Below are positions 50,339 to 59,700 of a stretch of 64,000 bases of DNA, piece after piece (within the stretch, counting starts at the first letter, position 1; each line of letters starts with the position of its first letter). Source of the DNA: Candidatus Poribacteria bacterium (GTDB lineage Bacteria; Poribacteria; WGA-4E; PCPOR2b); contig OZ242326.1 of NCBI GenBank assembly GCA_965208325.1, positions 1,600,001-1,664,000 on the forward strand. Reading direction: 5' to 3'. Below the pieces are notes generated by a model. That model searched no databases. It was not told the DNA's origin and saw only the letters and a list, made by a program, of their open reading frames with translations. The translations under genes were made by a program, and so were the position numbers.

Positions 50339-51148
50339 ATGAATCGGAAAGATCGCCACATCCTCAGCCTTTCAGGTGGAAAGGATAGTACGGCATTAGC
50401 CATCTACATGCGTGACCGCGTTTCAGAAATGGAATACATCTTCCACGACACTGACAAGGAATTGCCGGACACCATCGAATATCTCAAGCGTTTGGAAGCA
50501 TATCTAGGTGTGCCCATTGAGCGAACCACCAAACACACCGGTTTTGACAAAATGCTGAGAGTGTATGGTGGCATGCTCCCTTCAAATCATCGACGCTGGT
50601 GTACCAGAATGCTGAAGCTCAAGCCGTTTGAGGCGTACGTCGGTGATGACCCTGTGGTTAACTACGTAGGTCTTCGAGCGGACGAAAATCGAACCGGATA
50701 TATCAGCCACAAACCCAACATCAAAGTGGTCTATCCATTCAAAGAGGATGGAATCGTTTATGAGGATGTGGTTCGCATCCTAGAAGAGTCCGGGCTAGGA
50801 ATGCCACCGTACACTAGTTGGGGGCGAACACATTCAGGCTGCTTTTTCTGCTTCTATCAACAAAAGATTGAGTGGGTTAGGTTAAAACAGAGGTATCCCG
50901 AACTGTACGAACAGGCAAAGGAATACGAAAAACCCAACAAGATTAACGGGAATATTTTTTATTGGAATGATGACGAATCTCTTGAAGAACTTGAACAACC
51001 GGAGCGAACTGCGGAGATTATTGCCAACTGGGAAAAGAATCAAGATCGTCTGAAAGCCAAGCGAAAAAATAAACCGTTAGTGTCGGTTTTAGCTGGATAT
51101 GAGTCTGAAGATGATGAAGATCAGGGCTGTTTGACGTGCTTTTTATAG
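50339..51148 (+). CDS. sspD: PAPS reductase family protein (SspD-like)
   Basis: PP-loop SGGKDS, RWCT..LK.KP, GLRADE.R, SGCFFC, C-terminal CxxC. Confidence 0.85.
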   Translation: MNRKDRHILSLSGGKDSTALAIYMRDRVSEMEYIFHDTDKELPDTIEYLKRLEAYLGVPIERTTKHTGFDKMLRVYGGMLPSNHRRWCTRMLKLKPFEAYVGDDPVVNYVGLRADENRTGYISHKPNIKVVYPFKEDGIVYEDVVRILEESGLGMPPYTSWGRTHSGCFFCFYQQKIEWVRLKQRYPELYEQAKEYEKPNKINGNIFYWNDDESLEELEQPERTAEIIANWEKNQDRLKAKRKNKPLVSVLAGYESEDDEDQGCLTCFL

Positions 51149-51336
51149 TGCAATTAACCCACCCGCCACATTTACCTTCAATTTCAAATTAGCTTGATGC
51201 AAACTCAATGAAAGGTCGGTTTTCGGGTATTCATTTCGCTAACTGGCACATGTATTGGTATGTGATTGAATAGAATTGGTTGAAGATGAAACCAGTGCAA
51301 AATTGCATATGTATGTTTATATGAGAGAATGGACGA

Positions 51337-53232
51337 ATGAATTACAATCAAGGTTTCCCGTTAGTTGAACTAGCTACCGCCTACCAGTCACTCCGTGATT
51401 CGGGTTTTGATTTTTCCACTGCCATCGGCGAGTTAATTGACAATTCTGTCCAAGCAAATGCACAGAGGATTGACGTTATTCCAAGAATTGTGCAGAAAGA
51501 AATTGATGGCGAACCAGGAGTGATTCCGGTCATCACCCAGATTGCTGTTGTCGATGATGGTGACGGGATGGATGAGAGAACCCTCAATGGATGTTTACAG
51601 TTAGGTTTTTCTACACGCTATAACGACAGGAAAGGCTTGGGGCGTTTCGGTGTAGGTGCAACTTCCGCTAGTATTTCTCAGTGCAAGCGCACGACTTTCT
51701 GCTCTCGCCCCAAAGGCACAAGTGATTTTCTCGCGACCTACATTGATTTGGACGAAATAGCAGACCATACCCAGACAGTCATCCCGAAACCAAGTCCGAT
51801 TCATTTGCCAAGGGATTTAAAGGACATCAGTTTTGACGATTCGAATACTATTGTAGTATGGAGTCAATGCGATCGTTTACAGCATGATGCAAATGGACGA
51901 CCTACCCAAGCAAACATACTCTTATCGGATCTGCAGAAGTGGGTATCAAGGGCATATAGGTACATCACATGGAACGGGGTGAAAATATTCATAAACGGTG
52001 AGACAGTATTGGCGCATGACCCGTTATATTTGAACGCCAGTCAAACTAGATTTCCAGATGATCCACTTGCCACAGAAGTGTATTCAGAATCCTTTGAATG
52101 GGAAGTGCCTAGGGAGCCAGAAAAAACTTCATCTATATCCGTGAAACTGTCCCTATTGCCGGAAGTGTGGCGTCAGGAACAAGGCGCTGGCGGTAGCGAA
52201 CTTGCTCGCGAACGCAGGATACCTGATAATCAAGGTATTTCAATTCTACGGAATCGTCGTGAGATTGAATATGGAAATCTTTACCCTATGGTTCCGAGTC
52301 AAGCGCACATTGATCGATGGTGGGGCCTCGAAATTAACTTTGAGCCAGTATTAGACGAGTGTTGGAAAGTAAGGAATATAAAACGGGGTGTAACTCCGAT
52401 TGAAGAATTGAGGAACAGACTCAAAAAATTACTAACTCCAAAAATCCATAAACTTCGCAAAGAAATACAGAGTTATTGGAAAACACGTATCTCAACAACT
52501 GTTGTTCATAGGATACGCGAGATAGCGTCCATGTTAATGCAAAATAGCAACATCGTGACCGTTCCTAAAGTTAAGGCTTATCTAGAAGAAACCGCGATAT
52601 CCACAGACGACATGTCGTTGGTAATAGAAGAATTAGCGTTTGAGCAAGCATGGGATTGGCGATCGAACGGTACACACAGAGAATATACACACTCCCATCC
52701 TGAGCTAACTGAATCAGAAAGAGAAATATGTTTTGAACACATCCGAAGTGCAATCGAAAATAGCGATATTGATACACAATTCAAAGATGTCGCTTTGTAT
52801 GATCTTGAACAAGCAAGAGTTTGCTATAAGTCAAAAGCGTTCAAAGCCTGCATTGTTATGTTCGGCGCAGTAATCGAAGGTTTAATGTTGGGCACGATTA
52901 GGAATGATAATACTACTCTTACTAATATCATTAAGGATCCGCACGGGGCTCCCAACATTTTCAAACCTCTTAAATTGAACCAACTTTCTAAACCGGAGGA
53001 ACTGGCGGACAGAATAAGCGAGAAAATGAAATTTGAGGATTATAAGAACATGATTTCGGTTTTCAAACCGGAAATCGAAAAACCGAAGATTGAGGAGATT
53101 CAGGGCTTTCGAAACGCTATTCATCCGTGGAAGTCTATCAAAGAACCTTACATCTTTCGAGATCCTTCTCAAATCAGAGCCCTGAACTATTTGTCATCTC
53201 TATCACTTCTGGCTAACGAAATTTTAACTTAA
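51337..53232 (+). CDS. MORC-type GHKL ATPase fused to a C-terminal HEPN-like domain
   Basis: ELIDNS, DDGDGM, GRFGVG, G.SILRN.REI (S5-fold MORC pattern); C-terminal A..CY...AFKAC.VM.GAVIEG.....FRNAIHP. Confidence 0.75.
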   Translation: MNYNQGFPLVELATAYQSLRDSGFDFSTAIGELIDNSVQANAQRIDVIPRIVQKEIDGEPGVIPVITQIAVVDDGDGMDERTLNGCLQLGFSTRYNDRKGLGRFGVGATSASISQCKRTTFCSRPKGTSDFLATYIDLDEIADHTQTVIPKPSPIHLPRDLKDISFDDSNTIVVWSQCDRLQHDANGRPTQANILLSDLQKWVSRAYRYITWNGVKIFINGETVLAHDPLYLNASQTRFPDDPLATEVYSESFEWEVPREPEKTSSISVKLSLLPEVWRQEQGAGGSELARERRIPDNQGISILRNRREIEYGNLYPMVPSQAHIDRWWGLEINFEPVLDECWKVRNIKRGVTPIEELRNRLKKLLTPKIHKLRKEIQSYWKTRISTTVVHRIREIASMLMQNSNIVTVPKVKAYLEETAISTDDMSLVIEELAFEQAWDWRSNGTHREYTHSHPELTESEREICFEHIRSAIENSDIDTQFKDVALYDLEQARVCYKSKAFKACIVMFGAVIEGLMLGTIRNDNTTLTNIIKDPHGAPNIFKPLKLNQLSKPEELADRISEKMKFEDYKNMISVFKPEIEKPKIEEIQGFRNAIHPWKSIKEPYIFRDPSQIRALNYLSSLSLLANEILT

Positions 53233-53249
53233 ACCGCATATCGTTTATT

Positions 53250-55127
53250 ATGTCTATGAAAGCTGCTGAAGATTGGATTCGTTTTCTGAGAAAATATGGA
53301 CCCATTGCTCAAAATGGCAACATGTTTGATGAGGAGATTTGGCGGACGGCAAAACGGACTGGGATCGAACCAATCACGTTTGAGCATCCATTAGCCAAAC
53401 AACTTTTCCGGTGCTTTGATTACTCCTGCAATGAATGGAAATCAGTTATTCTAACGGGAACAGCGGGTGATGGCAAAACCCATCTATGCCGTCAAGTATG
53501 GGAAAAAATTGGCGGAAGCGACGAGGAATGGCAATCAGATGAACCTTTTGTTATGACGACGGTCCAGCATCCGAACAGAGGCGAAGTCCGGCTTAATGTA
53601 ATACGAGATCTCAGCGCGTGGGTTCCACAACAGGGAATGGATTGGCCTCGAGAAAAGGCAGAACTGTTGTTGAAATTTAGTAAGTTACTCTCTGAGATTG
53701 AACCTAGGGATTTCTTTCTGATTGCAGCGAACGACGGTCAGCTTATTGAAACCTGGCGGCGATTGGAAGAGCACACGAAAAACGAAGATGTTGCAAATGC
53801 ACATAGGGAGTTTCACGATTTACTTTTTAAAGGAGAAGTAGAGGGAATTGGTCTAAGATTTTTCAACTTAAGCCAGATGAAATCTTCAGACTTATTTCAA
53901 CTGGCTTTAAAAGAGCTTTTATCACACGAACGTTGGCAGGAGTGTTTTGAGGGCGAAGCCGCACAGACAATTACTTTCGGTCCACAATCACCTATCCGGC
54001 GAAATTACGAGCTACTACGCGAACCATTGATACAGTCTCGCCTTAGCACACTATTTGAATTTTGCGACTACAATGAATTTCATGTGCCAATTCGGGAAAT
54101 TTTACTGCTTTTGGCAAACGCGATTCTTGGTCATCCCGAATGTCGGGAAAGATTGATGATTCCCAAGGATGTCGAAAGAATTCTCAACAACGGAACATTG
54201 GCAAAAGCCAGTTTATACAGCAACATCTTCGGCGGCAATCTATCTGCTACTCGTCAAGAGTCTATTCCTGTCTTCCGTTACCTGAACTTGCTGCGTATCG
54301 GCTATGAAACGACCAACAGAATTGATAATATCCTAATTTTCGGCGACACAGATGAACGGCTGCGCCTCTATTTCCAGGAATTGGTTGATAACGATGCGTT
54401 TTACGGTGCGGACAAATCTTACGAGGAAGCACGAAATGCCTACATTGAGGGGTCGGAGGAAGACGACGAGAGAAGTGTAAAATTTTTGGAATCGTTGGTC
54501 GCGCAACGCCGTGCTTTGTTCTTTAAAATCCCAACTGAATGGGAAGATGAACTAAAGCTATGGGATTTGACGGTATTCAAACACGCTGGCGCCTATCGGA
54601 CTAAGGTATTCCTAGCTTTGAAAGAAGGTAAGGAGATTGAAAGGCAAATCATCCGGCGTTTAGTCAAGGGACTCAACCGCATCTGGGTGGGTATGTTGGT
54701 TGATAGGGATCAAGATGTCTATCTGGCAACCGGACTTGCATTCTCTAACGCACGGGTGAGTCGCATTCTTGAGGAGCATATTTCGGTCGCGCCCCGATTG
54801 GGACAGAAGGTTGAGATTATCTTGAGAAACAGTGATGAGATGCCAATGATTCAGGTCGTGTTGGCCCCAACAATTGAACGATCTTTTGCGCTGACTTTGA
54901 CCCGTTTCGAGTTTCTCAACAGGGTTGCCGACGGTGCGCTCCCCAACAGTTTCTCCAAAGAATGTTACGAAGATGTCATGACTTTCAAGAGTCGGGTATT
55001 GGCGGCGCTTGCGGAGCGCCGTATCCGGGATGAAGAAGCACAATATTCAGAACTAACCCTTCGTCTTTTAGGTGTTGACGAACACGGAAATCCCACCGAG
55101 GAAATCGTGGAGTTGCCAAATGTCTGA
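53250..55127 (+). CDS. sspF: P-loop protein, SspF/DptF-like
   Basis: FLRKYGP, VILTGTAGDGKT, AANDGQL motifs; position in an F-G-H triad. Confidence 0.65.
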   Translation: MSMKAAEDWIRFLRKYGPIAQNGNMFDEEIWRTAKRTGIEPITFEHPLAKQLFRCFDYSCNEWKSVILTGTAGDGKTHLCRQVWEKIGGSDEEWQSDEPFVMTTVQHPNRGEVRLNVIRDLSAWVPQQGMDWPREKAELLLKFSKLLSEIEPRDFFLIAANDGQLIETWRRLEEHTKNEDVANAHREFHDLLFKGEVEGIGLRFFNLSQMKSSDLFQLALKELLSHERWQECFEGEAAQTITFGPQSPIRRNYELLREPLIQSRLSTLFEFCDYNEFHVPIREILLLLANAILGHPECRERLMIPKDVERILNNGTLAKASLYSNIFGGNLSATRQESIPVFRYLNLLRIGYETTNRIDNILIFGDTDERLRLYFQELVDNDAFYGADKSYEEARNAYIEGSEEDDERSVKFLESLVAQRRALFFKIPTEWEDELKLWDLTVFKHAGAYRTKVFLALKEGKEIERQIIRRLVKGLNRIWVGMLVDRDQDVYLATGLAFSNARVSRILEEHISVAPRLGQKVEIILRNSDEMPMIQVVLAPTIERSFALTLTRFEFLNRVADGALPNSFSKECYEDVMTFKSRVLAALAERRIRDEEAQYSELTLRLLGVDEHGNPTEEIVELPNV

Positions 55128-56700
55128 GTATCTGAAGGCGGGAAATATCGTATCGAATATGCATTGTCGAAGTGACCATCCGAGCATCTCCCCTTGGTTG
55201 GACGAACAGATTTGGGGACACCGCATTTTGGACGACCAGAGTCCTTGGCTACTTTTTCTGGAATTCTTAACGGTTGCCGAAGCCTGTCATCGTGAACATA
55301 GACTATTTGACGAATGCGGGGTGGCGTTTCCATTACAATTTAGACCTTATCAACGACTTTACTTGAGAAACATCCTTTTCAAAAATGGGTTTGTTGATGG
55401 TGTTGACGCGACACACAGCGATGGCGGCGTTTGGGAGGAGTGGATTCAACGAATGAACACCGAAGCGGATGGGGTCACAACACGTACTTTTTCGTATCTC
55501 AAAGACAAGTTTTCATCATTTCACGATTTCGTGACCATCGTCGGAACACTTAGTGACACCGCGATTGAAGGTGACAGGAATAGGAGATGGTCGTCGCGTT
55601 TTGTATTTCCTTTCGGGCGGCACGGTCTGTACGAAGACCTTAATGTAAGAGGTAGCAGTGTTTCTCGCGAATACATCTACTTCGGGCGGACCGGTGAACT
55701 CCTCTACCTGATGCTCTGTCGCTCAAAGTTTGCAGAAGATCTGCGCGAGCCTATAAAACTGTTGTTTGACGAGGATAACTACCTCAATAAATTGCTCCAA
55801 CGCCTACAACCTGATGAAGATGACGACCTGCATCGTAGAGGACAGAGCTATCTTCCTTATATAAAGCATCACTGCTTTGATTTGCTTGGTGAGGATTGGA
55901 AGAACATCTTCGACCTGAATCTACCGGGATTTGATTCCTACCAGTTTTTGGTAGAACTCAGCGCATTACATGTGATGCTGTACCAGCTTAACACGGCCAC
56001 GTGGTTCATACCGGAGTGCCGGAAGGTTCACTTCATTTGCGAGGTGATTGCCCCTCAAAAAACACTCATCCGAGAATTGTCGATTGCCAGCTACCAAGAA
56101 AACAGCGTGTTGACGACGAAGGCCGTTGATACATACATCTCCCGTATTTCGGAGTCCAAGGATTGGTTGGCGATTACTGAAGGTTCTACAGGGGAAGATG
56201 CGTTTATTAAATGCTGGGAGATTCTTCAAGATGTATTCTGGTGGCCGCCTACCCAATCTAACGCTTCCAATAGGTACGATGGGCCATCAAACCCATCCGA
56301 ACTTCTCAAACAACTCAGAGAGATTGCTCGAAAAGGACATCTGCAACACGCAGGCAAAGTTCACCGCTCTTATGGAGGCGCGGTCGGATTGATCTCTCGG
56401 CGCGGCACAAATCGACTTCGCTATGCTCCAAACGACACCTTCCTCAAAACCATGGTGGTCGCCAATGTTCGAGAACGTAAGGAATTTAACCAATTCTTAA
56501 GCGATCTCTACAGGCGGTATGGGCTAGTTTTTGGAGAGAAAGAAGCCTCGGATGCTCTTCCAACTAAAGCATTTGACCAGAAAGTCTTTCAAGCAAATAC
56601 CGAGCGTTTGGAACGACGACTTTCCAGCATGGGCATGTTGCGCCGCCTTTCCGACTCCTGCGCTTACGTCATAAATCCATTTGGGAAGGAACAAAAATGA
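55120..56700 (+). CDS. sspG: SspG/DptG-like protein
   Basis: FGRTGELLYLML; C-terminal RL.SMGML.RLSD...YV.NP; overlaps both neighbours. Confidence 0.65.
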   Translation: MSEYLKAGNIVSNMHCRSDHPSISPWLDEQIWGHRILDDQSPWLLFLEFLTVAEACHREHRLFDECGVAFPLQFRPYQRLYLRNILFKNGFVDGVDATHSDGGVWEEWIQRMNTEADGVTTRTFSYLKDKFSSFHDFVTIVGTLSDTAIEGDRNRRWSSRFVFPFGRHGLYEDLNVRGSSVSREYIYFGRTGELLYLMLCRSKFAEDLREPIKLLFDEDNYLNKLLQRLQPDEDDDLHRRGQSYLPYIKHHCFDLLGEDWKNIFDLNLPGFDSYQFLVELSALHVMLYQLNTATWFIPECRKVHFICEVIAPQKTLIRELSIASYQENSVLTTKAVDTYISRISESKDWLAITEGSTGEDAFIKCWEILQDVFWWPPTQSNASNRYDGPSNPSELLKQLREIARKGHLQHAGKVHRSYGGAVGLISRRGTNRLRYAPNDTFLKTMVVANVRERKEFNQFLSDLYRRYGLVFGEKEASDALPTKAFDQKVFQANTERLERRLSSMGMLRRLSDSCAYVINPFGKEQK

Positions 56701-59700
56701 CGACTGACCAACTGATTGGACAAGTTGGCGCAAGATATCTGCGAGTAAAACTTGATGAAGCTGACGACTCCGACGATACTGCTCGATACCTCATAGATCG
56801 GCTCTCGAAGGGACAGACCGCAGCCATTGCACGGGCGATATTGGCCGATGCAGTGCTTAGCGAAAAGGTTGAGATTAAGTTGCCAACTCGTTTCATGCAG
56901 GGGCAGAAGCTACCCGATTTGGTTCTGACCGAAGAAAGGGCAACATACTATCGTAATGCTCGATGCAGCAAGGCAGCTCTCTTACTCGCTACGACGGGTG
57001 ATGACGAAGCGCAATCGCTCAATCACCTCACCCCGATTGGTATTGCCCAGCTGATGGATAACCCCAATTTTTGGGTTGATGTTGCCTCAACAGATGCAAA
57101 TCTTTCGGAGAGTAATCAAAAATGGTGGGAGAAGGCGCTCAATGCGCTATTCCAGTTAAACATCTGCTCGCTAGCGCAGATTGCCCAGTACATTCTGCAA
57201 ACCCGCAACGCTATTGTCGATGATGGACACCCTGTTGTACATGCGCTTGACGCGGCACTACCGGCACTTCAAATTCCCAGAGGCACGGGGGATTTCAATG
57301 GAATTAGGGACAATTATCGAGGTCATACCGCCCAATGGCGGAGACGTTTCGAGTCTGCTCATCGCAAATATGCTTGTTACCTTCGCAAATATACCCCAAA
57401 CCAGACGCTCCTGAATGAGGATGAACTCACGGCGGCTTTCGCCGCGGCAAAGGATGCCATCCCCGAAAATTACCATTCTCTGATTGTGGCGTTCATCGGA
57501 GCCCCAACCGGGTGGAATTACCACGCCCAGGAATTGGCTGGATGTGAATGGAGCGTCGTTGGTCAACCGTTGTTTGAACGGCTGAAGCCAGAAAAGAAGA
57601 GTATTGGGGAACTGACTTTTGCATTCTATGATGAGCGTGAACCGGAACTTCTCACTGAATCCGAGCGGGATTATTTGCAGCGACTCAAGCGGCGCGGGAG
57701 ACTTCCAAAAAATGATGATGAAGAGGATAAAGAGTTTTACGAAGACCATCGAAATGAACTCAAGGAAGACCGCAAACTTAAGTCGTTATGGGACCGGTTT
57801 ATTTTCAAAACCCCGCTGGAGTCAGACGATTTCTTGGTTGGGCTAATACAATGCATCGAAAGACTTCTTGGCGCAAAATCGACCAGCGGGGAAACGCGAA
57901 TGACAATTCGTTGTGACCGTCGATCGAGAAAAGATCTCAGAGACCTCAACGTCGAGGCAGGGCTTTATTTTGCCACGCGCTATCGTGGATTGCCAACGTT
58001 GTTCGGACCGAAAGTAACTTGGGCACCGGAGTTCGATCAACTCTTTTCTTTTTCAGAATTGGTAGAAACTTGGCGTGGTGAAAGTGGTTCAAGACTGTGT
58101 GTTTCAACGGCGAAAGCATCGCGACAGATTAAATTCACGATCGAACTTAGTGCCCCAGATGATACTGCAAAGCACGCAACCCAACTTATTTGGGACTTTA
58201 ACCTTAATAGCATCACCACCCAATTTCACAGCGATTTTAATCGTCTTGTGGAACACCCGCTAGTCTTTTGTCATACAACGCGCGAGCCTATCAGTACCAA
58301 AGGCGAATTCCAACCCCTTGACCTTTCCAACGTGAAGTCATTTGGCCCGGCCTATGGAAAGGAGCGTGGTTCTTTTGTCTCCGTCTACACAGAGGACAAC
58401 GATGTCGCTGAAACATGGCTTGAAAATTTGAAAGAAGCAAAACACCAACACCTTCGGACCGACGACGATGCACAACAGATTCGGTCGAGATTTGAAGTCT
58501 TTCGCGCATCCTATGCCGCGGCAATTGCCGGATTCATGAAGCGTGGAGTGGCTTGCGCCGAACTGCTAGATCAGTTATCCGATTACGCGGAACTTTTGGA
58601 GACATTATGCCGCAACGCCAAAGGGGACCGTAATCGGGAGTTGCTCTTAAACCCACTTTTGAAAATCGGCGCTGTTACGGTGGATGGCGGACAGCTTGCA
58701 ACAGTTGTTACTCCGTGGAATCCGCTTCGCTTGGCCGCCATGGCAGTAAAGGCAAAACAAGTAGCAGAACTTCTTCAACGTTTGCTTACCGCTGAAGACC
58801 TAGCTTTTGGCAATGCAGAGCGATTCTATTTCCGCGAAATTGAAGAAGCCTTGGCGCATCCCTATTACCCTGAAGTTGTTATAGGTTGGGATCGCGGTGA
58901 ACCCAAACTGTTGTCACTGACCGATTTTGTGGGAGATTACAGTCTACACGAACACCCGGTTGTGACCGACGAGGCTAGCGATGGCACAAATGACAACCCT
59001 GAAGGAGCTTCCAACCTTGTAACTGATCAAATTGACCGTTATTTGCAACTTCAACCCCATGCTCAGACTAACCTCTCTGTCGTCCTGTACAACTGCGATT
59101 CTGTTCGCCTTCCGCAAGCGGTTGTCGAGAAAATTCTTAAGAAGTACGAAGAAAACGAAGATGTTCTTTGCCAGATTGTGCTTCGGCATCGGAATAAGAA
59201 ACGTCTGCGTGGACTCTATGAGCAGATTATCCAAAGTAGTGGTGAAGAAGTTGATGCCTTCAGTGCCAGCGAAGCAACCAAGGATTTCATGGCTCGTCTG
59301 CGCATCAATATCATCGCTGATCAGGTGTCGCAACCAGATAAACGGGATGGCTGCCCTATGGACATCGTGTTTTCCCAAGATGTCATCGCTCGTCATGCCG
59401 GAATCGAGTGGTACAGTGAAGATGCTCGACCTGTCGAACTTCTCAAGGTCTTCCCTTCTCGCTGGTCGCGCCGCCGTCCCGCGTTCAAAGACGATATGAA
59501 GTCTGTTGTTTATCTCTGCTGTCCCGTTCAAAGCCGTGAAGTCTGGACGTATTTGACAACAATGGCAACTATACTAAAGAGTGATTGGGACGAAAACGAA
59601 ACAAGGCGACTATTGCCCGCCAGACAATTAGATTTTCAAAAACAAGAAATGACCAGTATTTTTGAGGAGACACACAATCTTGGAAACTGGGTAATTAACT

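Noticed and set aside
45871..51148. BREX type 4 or DndBCDE assignment
   Set aside because: No PglZ or BrxL, and no DndB, DndD (SMC-like) or DndE; separate DUF4007, ATPase and PAPS reductase genes fit SspBCD better.
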